Shown one piece after another: positions 1 to 9,216 of a stretch of DNA of 64,000 bases; position 1 is the first letter of the stretch; the number at the start of each line of letters is the position of its first letter. The DNA is from Verrucomicrobiota bacterium (GTDB lineage: Bacteria > Verrucomicrobiota > Verrucomicrobiia > Limisphaerales > JAXMHQ01), in assembly GCA_046346665.1 (NCBI GenBank), contig JAXMHQ010000030.1, forward strand, positions 747 through 64,746, read 5' to 3'. A model generated the notes under the pieces. That model did not search any database and was not told the origin of the DNA. It saw only the letters and a program-made list of their open reading frames with translations. The position numbers and the translations under genes were made by a program.

Positions 1-2
1 AA

Positions 3-2501
3 TTGTGCTGGGCCGACGACGCCGTTGCGTCGTCCGGCGCGCCGGCGCCGCCCGGCTCGGCCGCGCTGCGGTTCGCCGCGTGCGCGAACGCCGAGGCCGA
101 GGCCGCGCTTGCCGCCGGGGAAATTCTCAGGTTCGCGCGGGCCGGCGGACGCTTCCGCGAGGCGAGCGTCATGGTCCGCAACCTCGAATCCTACCACCAC
201 GCCGTGCGCCGTGTGTTTGGCCGGTTTGGGATCCCGTTTTTCCTGGACCGCCGCGAAGCCGTGGCGCATCACCCGCTGGCCGAGCTGACGCGGAGCGCGC
301 TGCGCGTGGTGTCGGGCCGCTGGCAGCGCGAGGATTGGTTTGCCGCGTTGAAAACCGGCTTGGTCCCCGCGGACGAACGCGACATCGACCGCCTGGAAAA
401 TGAAGCGCTGGCGCGCGGCTGGAATGGCGACGCCTGGCAGGAACCGCTGCCGGAGCTGGACGATCCCGCGCTGCGCGACCGGCTGGAGCGCGTCCGGCTC
501 CAGGTGCTGCCGCCGTTCCAAGCGCTGGCCCTGCGCATCGCCGCCGCCAAGGACGCGCCGACGGGCCCCGAACTGGCCGCGGCGCTGCGGGAATTCTGGA
601 ACGAACTCGACATCGCCGCGCAGCTCGATCGCTGGTCGGAATCCGCCGCCACACCCGAGGACGCCGCGCCGGCGTCCGTTCACGCGACGGTGTGGGAGCA
701 AATGAACCGCTGGCTCGAGAACCTGGAGCTGGCGTTCCCGCGCGAGCGGCTGAAATTGCGCGACTGGCTGCCGGTGCTGGAATCCGGCCTTTCGCAACTC
801 ACGGTCGGATTGATCCCGCCCGCGCTGGACCAGGTTTTGGTGGGGGCGATCGACCGGTCGCGCAACCCGGACGTGCGGCTGGCGATCGTGCTCGGGTTGA
901 ACGAGGGGGTTTTTCCGGCGCAACCGCATGGGCTGGCGTTGTTGACCGAAAGCGACCAGTCGGAGCTCGAACAGCGCGGGCTGGCGCTCGGGCTCACGGC
1001 CCGGCGGCACCTCGGCCGGGAACGTTACCTCGCCTACATCGCCTGCACGCGCCCCCGCGAACGCCTCGTGCTGACCTGCTCGGAATCCGATCCCGACGAT
1101 CAGCCGCTCAACCCGTCGCCGTTCCTGTCCCGCGCGCGCCAGTTGTTTCCGTCGGTGCCGTTCGAAATCGTGCCGGCCGCGCCCGACTGGCGCGACAGCG
1201 AGCACGCGTCCGAGCTGCTGCCGCACTGGCTGACGCTGGTCGACGGGGGCGCGCTGCCGCCGGGCGCCGAGCGGCTGGCTGCGTTGCCGGGGTTATCGGA
1301 CGCGCTCGAGCGCGTCGGGGAACTGCGCGCCGGCGCGGGCGACGAACGTCTTTCGCCCGCCTGGGCCGAACGGCTGTACGGCCCCGTCCTGCGCACTTCG
1401 GTGAGCCGCCTCGAACAATTCGCGGCCTGCCCGTTCCGGTTTTTCGTGCATTCCGGTTTGCGCGCCGAGGAGCGGAAATTGTTTGAACTCGACGTCCGCG
1501 AACAGGGCAGTTTCCAGCACGACGTGTTGCGGCTGTACCACGAAAAATTGGTGTCGGAAGGACGCCGCTGGCGGGACCTGGAGCCGCCGGCCGCCCGGGA
1601 GCGCATCGGATCGATCGCGGCGGCGCTTGTGGCGAATTACCGGCAGGGCCTGCTGCAGGCGAGCGAGGAGGCGCGGTTCACCGCGCGCATGATGACGGAG
1701 TCGCTCCAGGATTTCATCGAGGTGCTGACGGGCTGGATGCGCAGTCAGTATCAGTTCGACCCGGTGGCCGTGGAACTGGTGTTTGGCGGCGATGGGGCGG
1801 GGGCGGGGGCGGGTCGATACGATTTGGGCGGCGGTCATTTGCTGCAGTTGTTCGGTCGCATCGACCGCGTGGATTTGTGCCGGCGCGAGGACGGTTCGGC
1901 GGACGTGGTGGTGCTGGATTACAAATCGAGCCGCAGGAAGCTGGATGCGGCGCTGATGGCGCACGGCATTCAATTGCAGCTACCGGTTTACCTCGAGATG
2001 TTACGGCGCTGGCCGGACCCGGAGCAGTCGTTCGGCGCGGCCAGGCTGGTGCCGTCGGGCATGTTCTTCGTGAAGTTGCGCGGCGATTACCCGGGCGGCA
2101 AGACGCGGCGCGAGGCGCTGGACAATCGCGACGAAGAGCGGCGCCTGGCTTACCGGCACCTGGGGCGGTTCGATTCCTGCGTGCTGCACAGCCTGGATTC
2201 GCGGGAAGGCGCCGCGAGCGGCGACCAGTTTGCCTACCGGCTCAACAAGAGCGGCAGCTTGCACAAGGGATCCAGGGACCCGATGGAACGCGCCGATTTT
2301 CTGGCGTTGCTCGACCGGGCGGCGGAGCGCGTCCGCGAGATCGGACAGGCGGTTTACGGGGGCGACGTGCGGCTCGATCCATACCGCCACGCCGGCGAAA
2401 CGGCGTGTGAAACTTGCGATTACGCGGCGATCTGCCGGGTGGACCGCTGGACGCAGGTGTTCCGGGTGCTCAAGGACACGGCGGCGGAGGTGGAGGAATG
2501 A
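3..2501 (+). CDS. addB: AddB-type helicase-nuclease subunit (5' end cut by window edge)
   Basis: ORF open to the window start. C-terminal PD-(D/E)XK region (VVVLDYKSS) is bracketed by Cys residues CPFRFF ... CETCDYAAIC, as in the AddB Fe-S nuclease domain. Its stop overlaps the next gene's start (ATGA at 2498-2501). Confidence 0.8.
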   Translation: MCWADDAVASSGAPAPPGSAALRFAACANAEAEAALAAGEILRFARAGGRFREASVMVRNLESYHHAVRRVFGRFGIPFFLDRREAVAHHPLAELTRSALRVVSGRWQREDWFAALKTGLVPADERDIDRLENEALARGWNGDAWQEPLPELDDPALRDRLERVRLQVLPPFQALALRIAAAKDAPTGPELAAALREFWNELDIAAQLDRWSESAATPEDAAPASVHATVWEQMNRWLENLELAFPRERLKLRDWLPVLESGLSQLTVGLIPPALDQVLVGAIDRSRNPDVRLAIVLGLNEGVFPAQPHGLALLTESDQSELEQRGLALGLTARRHLGRERYLAYIACTRPRERLVLTCSESDPDDQPLNPSPFLSRARQLFPSVPFEIVPAAPDWRDSEHASELLPHWLTLVDGGALPPGAERLAALPGLSDALERVGELRAGAGDERLSPAWAERLYGPVLRTSVSRLEQFAACPFRFFVHSGLRAEERKLFELDVREQGSFQHDVLRLYHEKLVSEGRRWRDLEPPAARERIGSIAAALVANYRQGLLQASEEARFTARMMTESLQDFIEVLTGWMRSQYQFDPVAVELVFGGDGAGAGAGRYDLGGGHLLQLFGRIDRVDLCRREDGSADVVVLDYKSSRRKLDAALMAHGIQLQLPVYLEMLRRWPDPEQSFGAARLVPSGMFFVKLRGDYPGGKTRREALDNRDEERRLAYRHLGRFDSCVLHSLDSREGAASGDQFAYRLNKSGSLHKGSRDPMERADFLALLDRAAERVREIGQAVYGGDVRLDPYRHAGETACETCDYAAICRVDRWTQVFRVLKDTAAEVEE

Positions 2502-5248
2502 AATTCACGGAGGCGCAACAGCGGGCGATCCGGGCGCGCGGCAATGTGCTCGTGGCGGCCGGCGCCGGCACCGGCAAGACGCGCACCCTCGTCGAACGCT
2601 GCCTCGACTGTTTGCTGCGCGAAAAACCCGAGGTGTCGCTCGATGAAATGCTGATGGTGACGTTCACCGAGGCGGCCGCGGCGGAAATCCGGCAGCGCAT
2701 TCGGGCGCGGTTGGAACAGGAGCGCGACGCGAGTCCGGCCGGGCTGCGATGGCACGAACAACTGGCGCTGCTCGACACGGCGCCGATCGGGACGCTGCAC
2801 GGGTTCTGCCTGCAACTGGTGCGGCAACATTTCTATGAGCTGGGATTGGATCCGCAACTCGCCGTGCTGCCGGGCGAGGAGGCGCGGTTGCTGGAGACGG
2901 AGACGCTGGACTCGGTTTTGCGCGGGGCTTACGCGGGCACGGACGAGGATTCGGCCGCGATCCGGGAACTGATCCGCGTCCAGGGCCGCGGCTGGGACCG
3001 GTCCATCCGCGAGTGGGTTCATAAGATTCACGATTACTCCCAGACCTTGCCGGATCCGCAGGGCTGGATCGCGCGGCAACAGGCGATGTTCGACGAGGCC
3101 GAACCCCGCGTTTGGGCCGGTTGGCTCGATGAATTTCTGCCGGGCTGGATCGAGCGCGCGCGCAACGCCGCGGGAGCGATCGCGGCGAACAACGAGTTCG
3201 CCCGCGACTGGGCCGGACGTCTGGGGGCCGCGACGGCGGGCGATCGCGCGGGGTGGAACGATCTGTTGTCCGGCCTGCTGGACGCGTGCGGGGGTCGCCG
3301 CAAGGCGTTGACCGAGCCGCTGAAAAAATGGATCGAGCAGGCGGACTTCCTGCACAGCCTCGCTCCCGGCGGCGGGACCGGGGCGCTGGCCCAGGACTGG
3401 GACTGGGCGCGGCTGCCGATGCGCGCGCTGCTGCGGCTCACGGTGAAATTTCAGGAAACGTTCCAGGAATCGAAGCGCGAACTCGGCGTGCTGGATTTTC
3501 ACGATTTGGAGCAGTATGCGCTCAGGTTGTTGTGGGACTCGCGCGGACCGACCGAGATTGCGCGGCAATGGCGGCGACGGTTGCGGTTTATTTTTGTCGA
3601 TGAATACCAGGACATCAATCTTGCACAGGACACGCTGCTCAAGGCGCTGAGCCGCGACGGCGCGGAGGCGAACCGGTTCCTGGTCGGCGACGTCAAGCAG
3701 AGCATCTACCGGTTCCGGCTGGCGCGACCGGAAATTTTCCAGGGCTATTCGCGTCAATGGCGCGGGGCGGGCGGGATCACCGTGCCGTTGACCGAAAATT
3801 TCCGCGGACGCGAACCGCTGCTGGAATTTGCGAATTCGCTGTTCGCGATGGTCATGCAGGATCCACTGGCGCCGTGCGGCTACGACGAGGAAGCGCGGCT
3901 GCGGTTCGGGGCGGCGGCGGACCGCGCGCCGCTGCGAGGCAAGGCGGGCGAGGCACTCGTGGAAATTCATATCCGGCTCAAACAGGCCGCTGGCGCGGAG
4001 CCCGCAGCCGGCGAGGATGCGGCCGGCGAATTGGACGATGCGGGCAAGGAAGCCCGGCTGGTCGCGTGCCGGTTGCGGGAATTGCACCGGGCCGGGCACC
4101 CGGTCTGGGACGACAACCTGCGCGCGTTTCGCAAAGTGGAGTGGAAAGACATGGCGGTGCTCTTGCGGTCGCCCGCCGGGAAGGCCGAGGCGTTCGCGCG
4201 GGAGTTCTCAAAGTGCGGCATCCCGTTGAGCGTCGCCCGCCGCGGATTTTACGACAGCCTGGAAATTTCGGATCTGGTCAGCCTGCTGCAATTGCTCGAC
4301 AACCCGCTGCAGGACCTGCCACTGCTGGCGGTGCTCCGCTCGCCGCTGGCGGGCGCGTCGCCGGATCAACTGGCCGAGATCCGGCTGGCGTCGCACCGAA
4401 CCCATTTCTGGACCGCGCTGCAGCGCTGGCGTGCCGGGCTGGCATCGGCCGAGGCCGGCGGGCGCATTGCGAAATTCCTCGATCGCTTCGCGCGCTGGCG
4501 CCGATTGTCGCGACAATGGTCGCTGTCGCGCTGCCTGGACGCGGTGCTGGCGGAGACGGATTACGAGGCGTGGCTGCTGACCCAGCCGCGCGGGGCGCAG
4601 CGCCGGGCGAACGTGCTGCGATTGCTCGAACTGGCCCGGCAGTTCGACCGTTTCCAGCGCCAGGGCCTGTTCCGGTTCCTCGAGTTCGTCGACGCCCAAC
4701 GCGCGGCGGAGACGGAGCCCGAATCCGCCGGGGCGGTCACGGACGATTCCGTCCAGCTTCTGAGCATTCATCAAAGCAAAGGGCTCGAGTTTCCCGTGGT
4801 GGCGCTGGCCGATCTCGGCAAGAAATTCAATGAAACCGATCTGCGCGCGGATGTTTTGCTGGATGAGGAATTCGGCCTGTGCCCGCAGATTCATCCGCCG
4901 GGCGGGGGCGGCCGGTATCCGAGCCTGCCCGCGTGGCTGGCGGCGCAGCGGCAGCGGCGCGAATTGCTCGCCGAGGAACTGAGGCTGCTCTACGTCGCCG
5001 TCACACGGCCGCGGGACGCCCTGCTGCTGTTCGGCAGCATTTCTGAGAAGCAATTCCAATCGCGCTGGACCGGTCCCGATGAGTTCATGCCTGACAAATT
5101 ACTGGACGTCCGCAGCTATGCCGATTGGATTGCCCCGTGGTTTGCGCGGCACGCCGCGCCGGGTGCGGAAGGCCGGCTCTCCGGGCAAAATGACCTGGTG
5201 CGCTGGGTGATTCATGAACAGGCGCCGGCGTTGCCGCAGGGGAAATAG
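2498..5248 (+). CDS. addA: AddA / UvrD-family ATP-dependent helicase, helicase portion ending at an in-frame TAG
   Basis: Starts MKFTEAQQRAI..AGAGTGKT (Walker A), with FVDEYQDIN and VGDVKQSIYRFR helicase motifs. ATG at 2498 chosen over the track start at 2414 because of the ATGA overlap with addB. Confidence 0.8.
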   Translation: MKFTEAQQRAIRARGNVLVAAGAGTGKTRTLVERCLDCLLREKPEVSLDEMLMVTFTEAAAAEIRQRIRARLEQERDASPAGLRWHEQLALLDTAPIGTLHGFCLQLVRQHFYELGLDPQLAVLPGEEARLLETETLDSVLRGAYAGTDEDSAAIRELIRVQGRGWDRSIREWVHKIHDYSQTLPDPQGWIARQQAMFDEAEPRVWAGWLDEFLPGWIERARNAAGAIAANNEFARDWAGRLGAATAGDRAGWNDLLSGLLDACGGRRKALTEPLKKWIEQADFLHSLAPGGGTGALAQDWDWARLPMRALLRLTVKFQETFQESKRELGVLDFHDLEQYALRLLWDSRGPTEIARQWRRRLRFIFVDEYQDINLAQDTLLKALSRDGAEANRFLVGDVKQSIYRFRLARPEIFQGYSRQWRGAGGITVPLTENFRGREPLLEFANSLFAMVMQDPLAPCGYDEEARLRFGAAADRAPLRGKAGEALVEIHIRLKQAAGAEPAAGEDAAGELDDAGKEARLVACRLRELHRAGHPVWDDNLRAFRKVEWKDMAVLLRSPAGKAEAFAREFSKCGIPLSVARRGFYDSLEISDLVSLLQLLDNPLQDLPLLAVLRSPLAGASPDQLAEIRLASHRTHFWTALQRWRAGLASAEAGGRIAKFLDRFARWRRLSRQWSLSRCLDAVLAETDYEAWLLTQPRGAQRRANVLRLLELARQFDRFQRQGLFRFLEFVDAQRAAETEPESAGAVTDDSVQLLSIHQSKGLEFPVVALADLGKKFNETDLRADVLLDEEFGLCPQIHPPGGGGRYPSLPAWLAAQRQRRELLAEELRLLYVAVTRPRDALLLFGSISEKQFQSRWTGPDEFMPDKLLDVRSYADWIAPWFARHAAPGAEGRLSGQNDLVRWVIHEQAPALPQGK

Positions 5249-5307
5249 GGACGCCGGGGACGGCGTCCCTCCCGAGGACGGGGGAGGACGCCGTCCCCGG
5301 CGTCCCC
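5248..5307. repeat. Family-A palindromic repeat inserted in the addA linker
   Basis: GGGACGCCGGGGACGGCGTCCCTCCC, then gaggac, then a near-perfect reverse complement. The same 26-mer recurs at 51219 and 53690, and related arms occur at 17081/17162 and 29431/29512. Confidence 0.85.
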
Positions 5308-5326
5308 ATCCGATCCCTGGGATGTT

Positions 5327-6031
5327 TTGTTCGAGAGGCTCTCCTGGCAATACGCCTTTCCCGCCGCGGCGCGCCAGCCGGCGAAGGTTTCCGTGTCGAC
5401 CCTGCGCCGCCAGGCGGAGGAGGCGCTGCAGGACGACGAGGCGCAAGCCTGGACCAAGCCCAGTATCATCAAGCGCGAACCGGCAGCGGGCAGGGCGTCC
5501 GCCGTCGAAATCGGCCTGGCGCATCACCGGTTCCTGCAGCACGTGCGATTGGACCGCGTGTCGTCCGTGGCGGAGTTGCGGCGCGAAGCCGGGCGGCTCC
5601 AGGCGGAGAACATTCTCAGTCCGGCCGAGTGCGCCGGATTGGATTTTGACGCGATGGCGGCGTTTTGGAATTCCGAGCCGGGCCGGGGATTTGCCGAACG
5701 CCGGGGCGAGGTGCGCCGCGAACTGGCGTTCACGGCCCGGTTCAGCGCGGCGGAACTCGCGGCCTGCACCGGGCGCCAGCCGGCCGCCGATCTTGCCGGG
5801 GAAAGTATCCTGGTGCAGGGGGTGGTGGATCTCGCGTGCATTTTGCCGGACGAAATCCGGGTATTGGATTTCAAGACCGATCGGGTCCAGGAAGCGGAAC
5901 TCGAATCCAGGACCGCGCATTATCGTCCGCAGCTTGAGCTTTACGCCCGCGCGCTGGAGCGGATTTACGGCCGGCCGGTGCGGCAAAGGAGTTTGTACTT
6001 CCTGGCGGTGCGCAGAGCGGTGGCGTTGTGA
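5327..6031 (+). CDS. AddA C-terminal RecB-type PD-(D/E)XK nuclease domain, separate ORF in the same frame as 2498..5248
   Basis: Motifs KVSVSTLRR, GVVDL...VLDFKTD and QLELYARAL. Same reading frame as the helicase ORF, with only TAG 5246-5248 and 26 sense codons between them. The only start available is TTG. Confidence 0.65.
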   Translation: MFERLSWQYAFPAAARQPAKVSVSTLRRQAEEALQDDEAQAWTKPSIIKREPAAGRASAVEIGLAHHRFLQHVRLDRVSSVAELRREAGRLQAENILSPAECAGLDFDAMAAFWNSEPGRGFAERRGEVRRELAFTARFSAAELAACTGRQPAADLAGESILVQGVVDLACILPDEIRVLDFKTDRVQEAELESRTAHYRPQLELYARALERIYGRPVRQRSLYFLAVRRAVAL

Positions 6032-6122
6032 GGGAGGGACGAGCTACTGCGAGTCCCAGACCATTGACCATTGAATATTGAACGCCGATTTTAATGGGGA
6101 CTCGCGGTAGCTCGTCCCTCCC
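6032..6122. repeat. 26-bp inverted repeat pair (Family-A variant) between convergent genes
   Basis: GGGAGGGACGAGCTACTGCGAGTCCC (6032-6057) pairs with GGGACTCGCGGTAGCTCGTCCCTCCC (about 6097-6122), one mismatch, around an AT-richer loop of about 40 nt. Confidence 0.8.
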
Positions 6123-6131
6123 GGGGGAGGC

Positions 6132-6932
6132 CTAATTTCCGTTGGGGAGTTCTTCGGATCCGTTTTTCAATCGGACCAGGGCGGGGCGGAGCATGCGGCC
6201 CTGGTAGGTGAATCCGGCGGCGATGGTTTCATGAACGGCGGCGTCGCCGGCGGGCTGGCCGTTGCCTTCAAAAACCTGGTGGCGCTGCTGATCGAATCGC
6301 TCGGCGGGCGCGGGCACGAACGGGGCCAGGCCGATGCGGCGGACGGCGTCGTGGCAGACGGATTGGAATTGGCCGATTTGTTCGACCAGTTTGGGCTGGC
6401 CGGAGCGGAGGGCGGCCTGGTTGAGCGCGAACACGTGGTCGAGCATCCGGATCAGGACCTGGAGCCATTCGCCTTCCGCGCGGCGGAGTTTGTCCACCTC
6501 GAGCCGGAGCGAATTTTTTTCGCCGTCGTTGGCGCGCTGCAGAAATTCGCTGAAATTTTTCACCTCCACCGCCATGCCCTGGGCAATGTCGCGGGCGCTG
6601 CGGGCGGTTTTGTCGGCCGACTCCCGCACGAGGTGCCACTGGCTGGTGGCGTAGCCGATCTGGGCGGCGAGTTGTTCGAGGTGGTCGAGGCGTTCGACGG
6701 CGTCGGCGAGGCGGTCGGCCTGGGCTTGGAGGGTGCGGGCGCGGTAATCGAGAATGAACGGAATGACGACCAGGGCGGCGGCGCCGAGCGCGGAGGCGGT
6801 GCTGCCGGCCAGGACGGCCGACTCGGAGGCGCCGGGATGGATCCAGCCGAGGGCGAAGGCGAGCCCGGCCAGCGCGGCGGCGGCGGTGAAAAACGGCCAG
6901 CGCGGCGCGGCGGTTGTCGTGGGATCCTGCAT
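6132..6932 (-). CDS. Membrane-anchored protein with GrpE-like C-terminal domain
   Basis: Two N-terminal hydrophobic helices (FFTAAAALAGLAFALGW; AALVVIPFILDY), a coiled-coil segment, then GrpE-like LIRMLDHVFAL ... RRIGLAPF...ERFDQQRHQV ... GFTYQGRMLRPALVRL. An alternative start exists at 7001. Confidence 0.55.
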   Translation of the reverse strand: MQDPTTTAAPRWPFFTAAAALAGLAFALGWIHPGASESAVLAGSTASALGAAALVVIPFILDYRARTLQAQADRLADAVERLDHLEQLAAQIGYATSQWHLVRESADKTARSARDIAQGMAVEVKNFSEFLQRANDGEKNSLRLEVDKLRRAEGEWLQVLIRMLDHVFALNQAALRSGQPKLVEQIGQFQSVCHDAVRRIGLAPFVPAPAERFDQQRHQVFEGNGQPAGDAAVHETIAAGFTYQGRMLRPALVRLKNGSEELPNGN

Positions 6933-7020
6933 CGGCCCGCTGGTATACAGGAGCGCCACCGGAAATTCAATCCCAACCACCCGTGAAAATGGGGGTGGCA
7001 CACGGGAGAAATATTAACCA

Positions 7021-7292
7021 CGGATGGACACGGATGAACACGGATCGGAAATTTGAACAGGAGGTAGCAGAGGCAGCAGAGGAAGGCGGGATGGACAGGA
7101 GGAAATGAAAGGAACGAAGGAAGGCTCTTAACCGCGAATGGACGGGAATGCGGTGGGGGAATGGGAAAGGCAGGGAAGAGGTTTTAACCACGGATGGACA
7201 CGGATGAACACGGATAAGGGAGGGAACAGGAGGTAGCAGAGGCAGCAGAGGACTGAATTTCTTTTCTCTGTTATCTCTGCTGCCTCCTGTTC
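7021..7292. repeat. Composite repeat region: two direct copies of Family-B + Family-K modules plus one inverted K
   Basis: AACCACGGATGGACACGGATGAACACGGAT at 7026 and 7186. GAACAGGAGGTAGCAGAGGCAGCAGAGGA at 7065 and 7224. Reverse complement TCTCTGCTGCCTCCTGTTC at 7274. Confidence 0.85.
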
Positions 7293-7411
7293 AAAAAGTA
7301 TTCTGCTTTCTCTGTGGGTCTCGTGTTTGAAAGCCGGTTTTTCTTTTGTTCAGAGCGGGTTTGGCGTTTTTGAAGGTGGCCGGGAAAAGTGGGTTTTGGT
7401 AATCGTAGCTC

Positions 7412-7723
7412 ATGTCATCGACCCGACATTGCTGGAAATGCGGCGCAGAGTATGTGTTGTCCGGTTCGCCCGGACGATTGGAGACGTGCGACCGGTGTGG
7501 ATCGGACTGGAAGGTGTGTTTGAATTGCAGCAGTTACGATCCGCGGGTGGCGCACCAGTGCCGGGATCGCCGGGCGGAACCGGTCGCGGACAAGCACCTG
7601 GCGAATTATTGCGAATGGTTCGAGTTCGCCCGGCGCGAATTCGTGCCGCCAAAGACGGACGCGTTCGATGCCTCGCGCGAAGCGAAGGCGCGGGATGCGC
7701 TCAAGAAACTGCTGGGAGATTGA
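7412..7723 (+). CDS. Small Cys-rich zinc-ribbon protein (hypothetical)
   Basis: 103 aa with CWKC...CDRC...CLNC...C...C spacing. Normal amino-acid composition, unlike the overlapping shadow ORFs. Confidence 0.55.
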   Translation: MSSTRHCWKCGAEYVLSGSPGRLETCDRCGSDWKVCLNCSSYDPRVAHQCRDRRAEPVADKHLANYCEWFEFARREFVPPKTDAFDASREAKARDALKKLLGD

Positions 7724-7728
7724 CCGCT

Positions 7729-7800
7729 GGATTGGGGGGATCAATGGATTGTTGGATTAATGGATTTGCGCGAATCCAGTAATCCATGAATCCAACAATC
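7729..7800. repeat. Family-G (TGGATT/AATCCA-rich) hairpin between convergent genes
   Basis: GGATTGGGGGGATCAATGGATTGTTGGATTAATGGATT, then tgcgcg, then AATCCAGTAATCCATGAATCCAACAATC. The arms are complementary. Confidence 0.75.
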
Positions 7801-7803
7801 TAT

Positions 7804-9165
7804 TTATCCCACCCTCTTGAGGCGGGCGACGTAGGCGCCGTCGACATGGTCGGCGGCGGGGTGGAGGTCGCGCTGGGATTCGAGGGTGAAGCCTGGGGTT
7901 TGATTCAGGAACGACTGGACGACGTCCTGGTTTTCGCCGGGCTCGATGCTGCAGGTGCTGTAGACGAGGAATCCGCCGGGTTTGAGCAAAGGCGCGGCGC
8001 GGTGGAGGAGTTGGAGCTGATCGTTTTTGAGCCGGTCGATTTCGGAAGGTTGGAGGCGCCAGCGGAGGTCGACGCGGCGGCGGAGGACGCCGGTGTTGGA
8101 GCAGGGGGCGTCGACGAGCGCGCGGTCGAATTGGCCGGGCCGGAACGCGGCATCGGCGGGGGAGGTTTCGACGCAGCGGACGCGGAGGCGGTCGCAGTTT
8201 TCGCGGACGCGATTCAGCCGGTCCGGGCTGGCGTCGGTGGCGACGATGCGGCCGGAGTTTTCCATGCGTTGGGCGAGGAAGGTGGTTTTGCCGCCGGGCG
8301 CGGCGCAGAGATCGAGCACGTCGAGGCCGGGTGCGGGGCGCAATTCATGGATGGCGAGGAGGGTGCTGGGATCCTGGATGTAGAAGGCGCCCTGCTCGAA
8401 CGAGGCGAGCCGGGCGAGGGGCGGGTGCGATTTCAGTTCGAACACGAGGTTTTCCTCGAACCAATCCCGGCGGAAGAAATCGTAGTCGACCTTTTCGTCG
8501 CGCCAGCGGGCGAGGACGTCGCCGGCGTTGCGCAATGGAAAATCGGCGAAGGGCCGGGGTGCGACGGAGCCCGGGGCGGCGGAAGCGGAATCGGGTTGGA
8601 ACGCGAGCGAATTGATGCGGGCGAAGGTTTTGGGGGGCGAATTGTTCCACTCGAGGAGCGCGGCGGTTTTGTCGGCGCCCCAGCGGCGGGTCCAGCGGTC
8701 GACGAGCCATTCCGGGTGCGAGAAGCCGAGGGCGGGCCGGGATTTTTTGAGATCGGCGAGCTGGGCGCGGGTTGCGTCGGCTTCGCGGAGGTAGCCGCGG
8801 AGGAGGGCGTTGACGAATCCGGCCTGGGGACCGAATCCGGAATGTTTGGCGAGTTCGACGGTTTCATGGACGGCGGCGTGGCCGGGGATGCGGTCGAGCC
8901 AGAAGATTTGGTAGAGGCCCAGGGCGAGGATGTCGAGCAGGGCGGGTTTCTGGGTGCGCCCGGGGGTTTTCTGTTCGACGAGCCAGGCGAGGGTGTCGCG
9001 CCAGCGGACGGCGCCGTAGGCGAGTTCGAGGCAGAGGTTGCGGTCGGGGCCGGAGAGGCCGGCTTCGGCGAGGGTTCGGTCGGCGATAGTCTCGATGAAG
9101 TCGCCGCCGCCGCGGTGTTGGCGCAGGATGCGGGCAGCAATTTGTCTTGGTTTTTGGCCGGTCAC
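7804..9165 (-). CDS. rsmB: 16S rRNA (cytosine-C5)-methyltransferase RsmB/Sun
   Basis: N-terminal NusB-like region, SAM motif DLCAAPGGKT, catalytic FLVYSTCS. Confidence 0.85.
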   Translation of the reverse strand: MTGQKPRQIAARILRQHRGGGDFIETIADRTLAEAGLSGPDRNLCLELAYGAVRWRDTLAWLVEQKTPGRTQKPALLDILALGLYQIFWLDRIPGHAAVHETVELAKHSGFGPQAGFVNALLRGYLREADATRAQLADLKKSRPALGFSHPEWLVDRWTRRWGADKTAALLEWNNSPPKTFARINSLAFQPDSASAAPGSVAPRPFADFPLRNAGDVLARWRDEKVDYDFFRRDWFEENLVFELKSHPPLARLASFEQGAFYIQDPSTLLAIHELRPAPGLDVLDLCAAPGGKTTFLAQRMENSGRIVATDASPDRLNRVRENCDRLRVRCVETSPADAAFRPGQFDRALVDAPCSNTGVLRRRVDLRWRLQPSEIDRLKNDQLQLLHRAAPLLKPGGFLVYSTCSIEPGENQDVVQSFLNQTPGFTLESQRDLHPAADHVDGAYVARLKRVG

Positions 9166-9216
9166 GGCATTTAATATCGTCAGGTCCGTTGGGGGACGCG
9201 AGCGTTAAGGTAAACT

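Noticed and set aside
6914-7191. Small ORFs translating to ...NHGWTRMNTD... / ...IRVHPWL... (6914..7108, 6967..7191; similar at 17117..17302 and 50239..50520)
   Set aside because: They are read-throughs of the Family-B and Family-K repeat modules in both orientations. The peptide similarity is a consequence of DNA repetition, not evidence of genes.
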